From a virus, in the IMG/VR virus record IMGVR_UViG_3300005289_000003, positions 22,445-86,444 of that record: a stretch of 64,000 nt of DNA; one strand, given 5' to 3'. The position numbers and the translations under genes are program-made. Positions 33,324-46,057 of this stretch are shown here, piece after piece (within the stretch, counting starts at the first letter, position 1; every line of letters starts with the position of its first letter). The notes beneath the pieces are model-generated. The model searched no databases. It worked only from the letters and a program-made list of their open reading frames with translations, and was not told where the DNA came from.

Positions 33324-33532
33324 TGCTCCTCCACGATCTTCCAGAACGACGCGCGGTAGTTTCCGGAGGGAAGGTCACCGGAGTGGACCTTCACACGGAG
33401 TTCATAGAACCCCTTGACCGTGTTGTAACCGTAGCCGTTGATGGTTCCGAAGATGGGCACATTCCCCATCTGGAAGGTGAATCGAACCTTCTTGCCGATT
33501 GCGTATTCAACCGGCTTGATTACCTTTGGCAT
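33320..33532 (-). CDS. hypothetical protein
   Basis: AAGGAGG SD. Confidence 0.7.
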   Translation of the reverse strand: MPKVIKPVEYAIGKKVRFTFQMGNVPIFGTINGYGYNTVKGFYELRVKVHSGDLPSGNYRASFWKIVEEQ

Positions 33533-33561
33533 TTCCTTCCCTCCTTTGTTTTGCCTTGTTA

Positions 33562-33613
33562 CGTGGGTTTGCTGGATTCGAACCAGGCCATCCGCTCCAT
33601 CTAGCGCTAACCC
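33562..33613 (-). ncRNA. mini-tRNA-like spacer M2 (no anticodon arm)
   Basis: GGGTT/AACCC, CGCT-AGATGG-AGCG, CTGG-TTCGAAT-CCAG, ACG tail. Confidence 0.6.
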
Positions 33614-33619
33614 TGGGGC

Positions 33620-33817
33620 TTACCAGCCCCTTGCCTTCTTGTACTCTCGTTGACTCTTGCGGCTACTGAAGTAACGCCCGACCTTTTCGAACTGGTTACC
33701 GACCATGATGATCAGAATATGCAGCCAAAAAACAATGGCAATCAATGCCAAGACTGCAAGGACTGCACAAATTGGCGCAAAGAAACCGATTAGGAAAGCG
33801 TTCGCTGATTGGTCCAT
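33620..33817 (-). CDS. small membrane protein
   Basis: Long hydrophobic segment. Confidence 0.55.
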   Translation of the reverse strand: MDQSANAFLIGFFAPICAVLAVLALIAIVFWLHILIIMVGNQFEKVGRYFSSRKSQREYKKARGW

Positions 33818-33957
33818 GGTCAGTCCATTTCCGCAAGCTTGCCGATCAGGCTAAAGATGAAGTAGAACAAAGCGAAAGCGCCTAGTCCCCCGAAGATTCC
33901 AAGGATTGGCGCCAGGATCTCCATCATTTGACTTCCTCCTTTTAGTTGATTTCCTTA

Positions 33958-34008
33958 CGTGGGTGCCGCCGGATTTGAACCGGTTAACGCTCCATCTAGC
34001 GCGGTCCC
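33958..34008 (-). ncRNA. mini-tRNA-like spacer M1 (no anticodon arm)
   Basis: GGGACCG/CGGCACCC, CGCT-AGATGG-AGCG, CCGG-TTCAAAT-CCGG, ACG tail. Confidence 0.6.
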
Positions 34009-34018
34009 TGCCTGTTAC

Positions 34019-35065
34019 TTAGAACGCCCGTGCCACGTCCCATGCCTTGTCCAGCGCGCTGGTAAGCGCGGGAACCGACTCCAGGACACGGCGCGCGTTG
34101 GCCTCTGCCCTGGTCTCGCCAGAGCGCGTCTGCACGCGCCCCGGAAGGTGCTGGGTGACTTCCACCGTGGCGTTCAACCACCCTGCCGCCGTGCCGCTAA
34201 TGTCCGCCGTAGTGGCCGAACGGAGGGCACCGAAAAGGGCCTCCCGCTGCTTCTCCATCACGGTCTGGCCACGCTTGGAGTCCTTCTCTCCCCACCCGTA
34301 AAGGTCGGTCCACGCGGCCAAAGCCTGATCGGCCGTGACCCGAGTGTTGAGAAGTTCCCGATAGTCCGCGATCCACTTCTCAAGGTCAGCGTCACCCTTG
34401 GCAAGGATCTTCTGAACCGTCGCGTCAATCTTCGACGGAGCTAGGGCACTGTGCTTGATGCTCACAGCACCCATGACCTTGGAAGAAGTCATCAGGTTCG
34501 CGCACACCCGCCGGATCCCCCGAAGAGAAACCCTCAGGGCCGTCTTGCCGTTGTTGCCAAGGTCCAGTTGCCACCGGAAAGCGATAACCTCCCGGCTTTC
34601 AACCTGACGCTTGGCCACATCCGAATACGCCGTAGTCGTGAAGTCCGCTGACTTGTGTTCGAACACCAACCGGGTAACCGGCCCTGGAACGATGCTCATC
34701 AGTGGGTGACCCGTGGCGGTAATAGCGTCCACCAGGGGAACAACCTCTTCCGGAAGGATGAAGTTGAAGCCCTCCGAAGCCTGCCCGAACCGAACCGATT
34801 CCCGATCCGGCCCGAAGTTGTGGACGATGATTGCCGCTTCGGACGCTGGCGCCATGTGGATGTTTCCGCGTGAGTCCATCGCGCTCTGGGGAGCGGTTTC
34901 CGCTTCCCACCCGAAAAGACCCGCGTCGTTCATGGCCTGGTTCGCGTTCTCCATGTTGCCCTGAACCGTCGACAGAAGCTCAAACGGGTCAAGAACCCCG
35001 TTAGCAGCAACGGCGAATTCCTGGCGGTCCAGACCAGCGGAGAAGATTTCCATTTCGCGAGACAT
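34019..35065 (-). CDS. DUF932-family protein
   Basis: AGLFGW, RRVCANL, SIKHS, SGTAAGWLNATVEVTQH motifs; strong SD. Confidence 0.75.
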   Translation of the reverse strand: MSREMEIFSAGLDRQEFAVAANGVLDPFELLSTVQGNMENANQAMNDAGLFGWEAETAPQSAMDSRGNIHMAPASEAAIIVHNFGPDRESVRFGQASEGFNFILPEEVVPLVDAITATGHPLMSIVPGPVTRLVFEHKSADFTTTAYSDVAKRQVESREVIAFRWQLDLGNNGKTALRVSLRGIRRVCANLMTSSKVMGAVSIKHSALAPSKIDATVQKILAKGDADLEKWIADYRELLNTRVTADQALAAWTDLYGWGEKDSKRGQTVMEKQREALFGALRSATTADISGTAAGWLNATVEVTQHLPGRVQTRSGETRAEANARRVLESVPALTSALDKAWDVARAF

Positions 35066-35100
35066 TCCATTTCCTCCTTATAGTGTTGCATTACCTTGCG

Positions 35101-35173
35101 CGCTCCAAAGGGGAATCCAACCCCTGTCTTCTGGTTGAGAGCCAGAGATCCTAAGCAATTGAACGATTGGAGC
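35101..35173 (-). tRNA. tRNA-Glu(CTC), atypical T loop
   Basis: GCTCCAA/TTGGAGC; TCTGG-CT-CTC-AA-CCAGA; T loop TTGGATT. Confidence 0.75.
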
Positions 35174-35346
35174 TAGGAGGATTTAGTCACTCACTATTTA
35201 GTTAGCGGATTGGGGTCACTGCCCGTCCGTCCGGAATTCCGGCTTCCACCCGCCCCGTAGCACCCGCGCGTCCTGGTTCGAACCTTCGGGCTATTGCGTC
35301 CGGCCGTTGGTGGCTTTTTTGTTTTCGTGTTCCCCGTGCAACACCA

Positions 35347-35397
35347 ACTATGGGGGACGGACACCCCGCCAGTCAAGAACTTTCTTCAAGATTTTTT
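35347..35397 (-). promoter_or_regulatory. sigma70-type early promoter
   Basis: AAAAAATCTTG..AAAGTTC-TTGACT-18 nt-CATAGT. Confidence 0.65.
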
Positions 35398-35607
35398 ATA
35401 AACCTGTGACCTGGGGTTTTTGGTAATCAGCAACCAGGACGGGCAACCGGACGGCCCGGAACCTGCCTCCCAGGTGGAGGGACGCGCGCCTACGCGCGTA
35501 CGTGCGTGCGCGTACGTGGGAGGGCCTGAGAGCCACCAGGAGCACTGAACCTGCCCCCGGACATGCCAAAGGCCCGGACCGTTGGGGTCCGGGCCTCTCT
35601 GTGGCTC

Positions 35608-36051
35608 TCAGGCTGATCGGAGTGGCATGTATTGGGACAGATCCCCCGGATAGGGGAAGAACACCCCGACGTCTGCCCTGTCATAGAAGTAGGCGCCGAT
35701 GAAGTCGGGAGACCTACCGGCGGACATCATGGTTTCCCCGTTTACCGTGCTGTAGGCGTGACGAATAGTCCGGCCGCTGGAAATGAAATCATCGACAAAA
35801 AGCCACGTCTCGCCTATTTCTCCTTCAATGATGTTTCCACTGTTCCGGCTTTCACCCTCCTTGCGAACGATCGCCCATTTCTTGCCGAGAATTTCAGCGG
35901 CACGGGGAATGACCAGGGCACCAGAGAGACCAACGCCAACCATGGTGTCGAACTCTTCGGTTACCTTTTCCGCTATGTCATCCGCGAACCACTGGCCGGA
36001 ACGATTGAAAGCCTTACGCAACCAGATAGCGTGATCCGAATAGGTGTTCAT
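35608..36051 (-). CDS. type I phosphoribosyltransferase-like protein
   Basis: VGVGLSG, IVRK, PRPP-binding FVDDFISSGRT; AAGGAGG SD before ATG 36051. Confidence 0.85.
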   Translation of the reverse strand: MNTYSDHAIWLRKAFNRSGQWFADDIAEKVTEEFDTMVGVGLSGALVIPRAAEILGKKWAIVRKEGESRNSGNIIEGEIGETWLFVDDFISSGRTIRHAYSTVNGETMMSAGRSPDFIGAYFYDRADVGVFFPYPGDLSQYMPLRSA

Positions 36052-36080
36052 CTTAAGGCCCTCCTTATAAGACTTACCAA

Positions 36081-36497
36081 TTAGAGCAAGAAGCCGTACT
36101 TCTCGGCCAACCGGGAGACTCCCACGTGGTAGCAGACATCTACCTTCGGTGTTCCGTCGACCTTGACACCAGGCACGGCCCGAAAGCGGAAGACACCATG
36201 AGGGCACGTGCATTGACCCTTGATGGAGGCCAGATAGTTTCTGTCCCCCTTCTTGGAACGCACCTTGTAGATACCAGGGAAGACAGTCTTCTGTATCGCT
36301 CCATCTTCAATAACGTCTATGGCATTATCCAGTTGACCGACGTACATACTGTGAGGGTTGTTACTGATAAGTTTTTCCAGATAGGAGACAGCCTTATCCC
36401 TACGTTCGGCTATCTCTTTTACGGCGCACTCACGACCGTAACCACGGGCTATAGACGGACCAGCCTTTAGGAGATGGCCGCAACGCTTGCACTTCAT
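36081..36497 (-). CDS. DUF6011-like zinc finger plus SWIM zinc finger protein
   Basis: CKRCGHLL...SIARGYGREC and CTCP...CYH. Confidence 0.75.
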   Translation of the reverse strand: MKCKRCGHLLKAGPSIARGYGRECAVKEIAERRDKAVSYLEKLISNNPHSMYVGQLDNAIDVIEDGAIQKTVFPGIYKVRSKKGDRNYLASIKGQCTCPHGVFRFRAVPGVKVDGTPKVDVCYHVGVSRLAEKYGFLL

Positions 36498-36540
36498 ATA
36501 GGTGTCTCCCGGTTTGGAGCTTGACGGACGTGGGGGCCAC

Positions 36541-36592
36541 AGTCTTACCTACCTCCCGTCAGTCTGTCAAGAACTTCTTACCAAGATTTTTT
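36541..36592 (-). promoter_or_regulatory. sigma70-type early promoter
   Basis: AAAAAATCTTG..AGAAGTTC-TTGACA-18 nt-AAGACT; upstream element shared with the 35347 promoter. Confidence 0.65.
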
Positions 36593-36803
36593 CTCCCTCG
36601 GTTGCCTACCTGACATCTCCCCCGATGTCCCCATATATCCGGGCGATTGGGGCAAATCGGACAAACCGTTGACGATCGGGCAAATAGGCTGGTAAGCTCC
36701 GAACACCGGACAAGACGGGCCTTTTTGCCGAATCGGGTCATAGCGTGTAATGTCCGATAGGTACAACCACAAATAGTTTTCACATTGGGAGCAAAAAACA
36801 ACT

Positions 36804-37400
36804 ATGGCAGTATCAGCAGCAAAGCTACGTAAGCTTGACAGTGAGAACGTTAAGAGTCTGAATGGCGAGAGCCTATGGGTTACTATCATTCTGGAAGATT
36901 CCACTGAGCTACAAGGATTCTTCCGTCACGATGCTGTAGCCGACACGGTGTCTGTTAAGGTTCCCGGACGTCGCGGACGCTTGAAGGCTTACCCGTTGAC
37001 CGATGTTAATGACATCGAGATCACGGAAGCTCCTAAGGACGTAGTTTCCAACCTGCAAGCGGTACGGACTGTCAACACCCCTACTCGCCAGGGACGTCGG
37101 ACCGTTACCAGCATTCCGGACGACGGTAGGGCAGAGAAGCTAGGCGCGGCAGCCAAGCAATTGGTAGCTCCCGCTGGTGTTCTTTGCTACCTAACCGGCC
37201 AGAAGACAGATCCCCGTAAGGATGTTGCTGTCTGGTACGAAGGAAACAAGTACTTCATCACTAAGGAAGCTTTCGCTCCTGTCCTGAAGGCTTTGGGCCT
37301 GATGGAAGAGGATGCGACAGAGGAAGCCCCGGTAGCCAAGCGTCGTCCGGGCCGTCCGGCTGGATCAAAGAACACCACGGTACGGCGTGCCAAGAAGTGA
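36804..37400 (+). CDS. hypothetical protein with AT-hook-like C-terminus
   Basis: KRRPGRPAGSK; GGGAG SD. Confidence 0.75.
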   Translation: MAVSAAKLRKLDSENVKSLNGESLWVTIILEDSTELQGFFRHDAVADTVSVKVPGRRGRLKAYPLTDVNDIEITEAPKDVVSNLQAVRTVNTPTRQGRRTVTSIPDDGRAEKLGAAAKQLVAPAGVLCYLTGQKTDPRKDVAVWYEGNKYFITKEAFAPVLKALGLMEEDATEEAPVAKRRPGRPAGSKNTTVRRAKK

Positions 37401-37407
37401 ATGATCG

Positions 37408-37447
37408 GAAGGGGCCACGGTGAAGATTACCGTGGCCCTTTTCGTTT
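37408..37447 (+). terminator. intrinsic terminator (GGGCCACGG family)
   Basis: AAGGGGCCACGGT...ACCGTGGCCCTTTT. Confidence 0.7.
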
Positions 37448-37520
37448 GCCTCCTTAGTTCAGTGGCCTAGAACCTCTGCCTTGTAAGCAGATAACGAGAG
37501 TTCAAATCTCTCAGGAGGCT
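37448..37520 (+). tRNA. tRNA-Thr(TGT)
   Basis: GCCTCCT/AGGAGGC; TCTGC-CT-TGT-AA-GCAGA. Confidence 0.92.
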
Positions 37521-37554
37521 CTTTCCCTAACCGGAAACTTGATTATGAGGAAGT

Positions 37555-38049
37555 ATGCCTAAGCCACCTACAGCAAAAGCAGTTCATATCATCTTCGCAA
37601 TTGGTCCGGATGATGAATCCACAATAGACCAATTTGTGGAAGGCATAAAACTAGCTGTCAGTCACGCCTATATGGGTAAAGTGCTGGCAACCATGCTTTA
37701 TGGTGAATACCAGCATGACGGTAAAAGATATAAGCAACTGGATTGGGAACGTTGGGATGGTGATCCAAGTAAGAAACCACAGGATCGCTACACCAATGAA
37801 CCACGCGCCGTGGCTATCCACCAGACAGTCAGGGATAAGCCCCTAACTTCTGCCGACGTCAAGAAGGCCCTTGACGTCCACAGAGAGGCCCTAGGACTAC
37901 CACCCCGCCCATTGCCCCCAGAGGCTCATGACAGGCCCGTAGAATCGCTCTCAGGCCCTCTGGCGGGGTGGCCCCGTCTAGAGGGTTGGGAACCAGACCC
38001 TTGGCCACGTGTAAGCCACAAGAAAAGATTGATACGTCGCAATAAGTAG
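37555..38049 (+). CDS. hypothetical protein
   Basis: GAGG SD. Confidence 0.7.
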   Translation: MPKPPTAKAVHIIFAIGPDDESTIDQFVEGIKLAVSHAYMGKVLATMLYGEYQHDGKRYKQLDWERWDGDPSKKPQDRYTNEPRAVAIHQTVRDKPLTSADVKKALDVHREALGLPPRPLPPEAHDRPVESLSGPLAGWPRLEGWEPDPWPRVSHKKRLIRRNK

Positions 38050-38056
38050 GTTCTAA

Positions 38057-38368
38057 ATGAATATGCCCTTGGTGGATCCACACGAATGGATAAATGATAA
38101 GAATCATCAAATACATATAGGTGACATGGTTGACCGAAATACCATCGCTACTCGTCTGAAAGTCTCCAGGCAAGCCATAGGAAATTGGGCTATCCAGAGA
38201 AGTAGGACAGGATTTCCCGAACCTATCTTTGGGAATGACGGAGTACGCGGAAGATCCAGAGGCAACGCAACATGTATTTATTATTGGCCGGATGTTTCCT
38301 CTTGGTTTGAGAAGTGGCAAAAGGTCAAGCCTCTAGGCGGTATCAAATACCATAAGGATCGGTCATGA
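38057..38368 (+). CDS. excisionase/AlpA-like HTH protein
   Basis: IATRLKVSRQAIGNW...GFPEP...YYWPDVSSW. Confidence 0.7.
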   Translation: MNMPLVDPHEWINDKNHQIHIGDMVDRNTIATRLKVSRQAIGNWAIQRSRTGFPEPIFGNDGVRGRSRGNATCIYYWPDVSSWFEKWQKVKPLGGIKYHKDRS

Positions 38369-38952
38369 AAATTATAAATAAGGCCAAGGTTCTTGCAGAC
38401 ACAAGAGCAGAGTACGAAGAAGTTCCAGTTCTCCAGTTCTTGAAGAATAAAGCTAAGCAATACGTTCCGGGCAACGGTCCCTTTAACGCTTCTGTGGCCA
38501 TCCTGGGGGAAGCTCCCGGGGGCACAGAGGATGACCTAGGCCAACCCTTTGTTGGTCCGGCCGGACGTGTTCTGAACAAACTTCTCAAAGAGAACGATGT
38601 TGACCGAGACTCCATCTGGGTGACAAACATCGTGAAGTACCGGCCACCACAGAACAGGCCACCCACTCCGGAGGAGATAGAGGCTTCACGGCCCTTCCTT
38701 CTGAGAGAGCTATCTACCCTGAAGATTAAGAACGTAATTGTTCTGGGGCGGTCCGCCATGTCGGCTATGGGCATTGCCAACCCGGTGGTAAGTCAGCTAC
38801 ACGGAACAAGCAAGGTAAGAGAGTTCGACGGTAGGGAAATCAGACTGTTTATGACCTACCATCCTGCTGCCGCTCTCAGAGATCCAACCAATATGGTGAC
38901 ACTTCGGGAAGACTTTGGTGCCATCTTTAAGGAGATAAACCGTGGCAGTTGA
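38365..38952 (+). CDS. uracil-DNA glycosylase family 4-like
   Basis: GEAPG, PFVGPAG, TNIVKYRPPQNRPP, TYHPAA. Confidence 0.9.
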   Translation: MKIINKAKVLADTRAEYEEVPVLQFLKNKAKQYVPGNGPFNASVAILGEAPGGTEDDLGQPFVGPAGRVLNKLLKENDVDRDSIWVTNIVKYRPPQNRPPTPEEIEASRPFLLRELSTLKIKNVIVLGRSAMSAMGIANPVVSQLHGTSKVREFDGREIRLFMTYHPAAALRDPTNMVTLREDFGAIFKEINRGS

Positions 38953-39090
38953 ACAGGATCTTGACGCGCTAACTGAACGTGTAGCCCAGCTAGAGAACCT
39001 AGTTATTGCGATCATTTCTTTCATGGGTATCTCACGGCAAATCCTCACACAAAACTACGGCGTAGTAATCCCAAGTAGGAATGAATAAAA

Positions 39091-39125
39091 GAAAGGCCCC
39101 CAGGAAGAATCCTGGGGGCCTTTCG
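39091..39125. terminator. bidirectional terminator
   Basis: AAAGGCCCCCAGGA-AGAA-TCCTGGGGGCCTTT. Confidence 0.8.
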
Positions 39126-39133
39126 CATGCCCA

Positions 39134-40234
39134 CTATCGGGCAACGAATCTTTCTATTGGGCGTTGCTGGTAGAAGCCATCTTCATACAGGGTGAACAAG
39201 TGATCAAAATAATCCTGATACTGCCATTGAATCGTGTTCATGGAGAACCGCTTAATGGCGTAGTCCCTGATTGCCTGTCTGTCTAGAGAGGGAGCACGCT
39301 TGGCACCCTCCACAAATTCAGCCATGCTGCGACATCTGAAACCAGTAACGCCGTGAATGTTGACTTCCGGGCAGGAACCCCAATCTGTTGTCAGTACTGG
39401 AGTTCCACAGAACATGGCTTCAATCTGGACAGCGCCAAAAGGTTCTAGATATAGGGAAGGCATGAAGCTAAATTGAGCCTTAGAGAAAAGTTCCGCTCTC
39501 TCTTCAGGTCCAACGACACCGACGTACTCACCATATATCGGGGGGGCACCCTCACCAGCGACGATAAGACGTATTCCCAACATTTTGCAAACATCAGCCG
39601 CAATGTGGTAACCCTTGCGGTCTATAAGTCTGCCCATGAAGAGCGCATAGTCAGAGCGCTGGTCACTTGGGACGAAGGGGAAATAATCATCTTCGAAGAA
39701 GTTAGGGATTACGCAATCGTAGAAGTTACCGTTAGCGTTGTTTGCACCCTGTTGTTGTCCGTAAAGGGTATGCATCCACGCATACGATTCGAATACCCGG
39801 AATCTTGAGTACGTACCTTCGTACCCAACTCCCCATTCGACAACAATGTTTTCCGGGAATTCATCTGTTACCGGCTTCTGACAGGCCCCGGCAATGACAC
39901 AGATGATGTCCCGTGGCTGGATTCTCTTTCTGATCTCTGCGATGCAGTTGTCATTAAAGAGTTTCCAGTAGGGCATTTCCGTGTTGTACGCACCCTTGAG
40001 AATATCCTTGGGTCCGTTTAGTCCGTACTCCGCTTGTTGTGCTCTGGTGATGCAAGGAATGTTTTCGGTGTACTCCGCGTCTTCGCTCTCGTCACCGTGG
40101 TAAAGGTAAACCTCATTCCCTACCGCCATCATCATCTTAGTGAATTTGGCAACCTTCATGGTGTACGCGCACATACTGTACTGATAAGAGCATTGAGTGT
40201 GCGGAAGACCTAGCACATGCAAGCGGTACTTCAT
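39134..40234 (-). CDS. GT4 (GT-B) glycosyltransferase
   Basis: MGRLIDRKG, EPFGAVQIEAMFCGTPV. Confidence 0.9.
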   Translation of the reverse strand: MKYRLHVLGLPHTQCSYQYSMCAYTMKVAKFTKMMMAVGNEVYLYHGDESEDAEYTENIPCITRAQQAEYGLNGPKDILKGAYNTEMPYWKLFNDNCIAEIRKRIQPRDIICVIAGACQKPVTDEFPENIVVEWGVGYEGTYSRFRVFESYAWMHTLYGQQQGANNANGNFYDCVIPNFFEDDYFPFVPSDQRSDYALFMGRLIDRKGYHIAADVCKMLGIRLIVAGEGAPPIYGEYVGVVGPEERAELFSKAQFSFMPSLYLEPFGAVQIEAMFCGTPVLTTDWGSCPEVNIHGVTGFRCRSMAEFVEGAKRAPSLDRQAIRDYAIKRFSMNTIQWQYQDYFDHLFTLYEDGFYQQRPIERFVAR

Positions 40235-40406
40235 TTTTCTAGTCCGTCCATTCTGAACTTTAGCTCTTTGTATTCTTCGAAAATCCTTAGGACCGTATCG
40301 GCTGTTCTTTCCTCATGCCGATAGAAGCTAGGGAAATCCGCTTTGATGACACGTCGTACTTGCTTTACTTGCTCATACCAAGATGGATCCGTGATTGGTT
40401 TTGTCA

Positions 40407-40604
40407 TTAGGCAAATCCAAACTTCTTCCGGAAGACCAGGTATTCCCCGCTAGGCAGGAAGATACCTGGTTCCTCCGTCTCTTCGTCACTGACCATGTAG
40501 TGCGTACCAGAGTGAGGCATTGGTTCATCTTCTTCAGATGAGCTTGAAAGCTCTATGCAGTAATTAGGCTCATCTGGCCAAAGCAATGGAGCGTACAGAC
40601 TCAT
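40407..40604 (-). CDS. hypothetical protein
   Basis: GAGG SD. Confidence 0.5.
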   Translation of the reverse strand: MSLYAPLLWPDEPNYCIELSSSSEEDEPMPHSGTHYMVSDEETEEPGIFLPSGEYLVFRKKFGFA

Positions 40605-40611
40605 CTTTACC

Positions 40612-41262
40612 TCACGTGATGATAATCCTAGGACGGAAGGAAGTGATAGCCGCCCCGTCGTTCACGGTTAGGTCATCCCACGTGAAGGTACACGTGGAGT
40701 TAACCCCTGGCAATCCTGCCAATCCGACATAGCCTGCCGCAGTGACATCAGAGTCAGTTACTTCTGAATCCCATGAGGCAGGCTCACCCGAACCATCATT
40801 CCAAATCTTAGCCTTGATAGCTGTGCCTACAGCTACCAGCCTGATTTGAATAGCGGTACCAGCGGTAAAAGTCTTACTGATGGTGTCCATAAGAGTGTAA
40901 GCCTGAGCTACACCTTTACGAAAAGTATAAGAGTTGTTGTTCAAATCGATATCAAGAAAATAGCCAGTGTCCGGGTAGAAACCAGTACCAGTAAAAGTGT
41001 TACACCGAACGGCAGCCAAACAATATTCGGTCTTCTTCGGGTTATCAAATGCACACTTAACAGTTATGTCGTAATCAACTACTGGTGTCTCTCCTGATGC
41101 CCTTGCCTCCACGTCTGTAGTGAAGGCAGTAACACCCGTCCGCATTCTTCCCGCGTTGCTCTGAATATCTGTACTGGAACCAGTACCACCAGTTTTCACC
41201 CATCGTGCGTTCCAGGCTGCACCGTTGGTACCCGTGAAGTTGTCAGACCACAAGACAGTCAT
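40612..41262 (-). CDS. minor tail / lectin-like beta-sandwich protein
   Basis: WSDNFTG start, KAKIWNDGSGEP motif; position in tail module. Confidence 0.7.
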   Translation of the reverse strand: MTVLWSDNFTGTNGAAWNARWVKTGGTGSSTDIQSNAGRMRTGVTAFTTDVEARASGETPVVDYDITVKCAFDNPKKTEYCLAAVRCNTFTGTGFYPDTGYFLDIDLNNNSYTFRKGVAQAYTLMDTISKTFTAGTAIQIRLVAVGTAIKAKIWNDGSGEPASWDSEVTDSDVTAAGYVGLAGLPGVNSTCTFTWDDLTVNDGAAITSFRPRIIIT

Positions 41263-41268
41263 TAATTA

Positions 41269-45486
<4,218 letters not shown>

Positions 45487-45509
45487 ACCGCCACCCTTCT
45501 AATTGCCCC

Positions 45510-46049
45510 TCAGTTGACCTTTAGATGACAGACAAGTAGAGAACTCTTGGTAGCCGTTACTTCCGTATTCAAAGCTCCACCAGACTGTTGGGTACCCACA
45601 AGTTGGATGTAGTCGCCAACAACTCCAGTGATGAACCCAAATGACTGCACACAAGTTGGCTCACCAGATTGCGTCACGGCATTGACATTTACCCGATATG
45701 GAACGGTGAGAATGCTTCCGTTCTTGTACAGGTCTGCCCGACGCTCACCCGTGTTATTAGCCGCAGCAGCATAGATACCGGCGGCAAAGTAATAACCATC
45801 TGTCTGCAAGGTATACCGAGAAGTATTCAGTGACGTACTGTGCCCGCCATCAATGTCGATTACTTCAGCATCTAGGTTGATGGGGCTAGGCGTGTTGTTG
45901 CTGACAGACTGCGCAACCGTTTGGTAGCCAATGAAGAAGCCTCCAAGCTTTCCTGACGTAAAGGAAAGCATTGCGGAGATTTCATCCATTTTGGCATCGG
46001 TTAGGAATTCGCCGTATAGCCAGTCCCGAATACTAGGGATTGTGGCCAT
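45510..46049 (-). CDS. minor tail protein
   Basis: IDIDGGHS...SRYT...GYY...GDYIQL C1q-like fold pattern; position. Confidence 0.7.
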   Translation of the reverse strand: MATIPSIRDWLYGEFLTDAKMDEISAMLSFTSGKLGGFFIGYQTVAQSVSNNTPSPINLDAEVIDIDGGHSTSLNTSRYTLQTDGYYFAAGIYAAAANNTGERRADLYKNGSILTVPYRVNVNAVTQSGEPTCVQSFGFITGVVGDYIQLVGTQQSGGALNTEVTATKSSLLVCHLKVN

Positions 46050-46057
46050 TGAACCTC

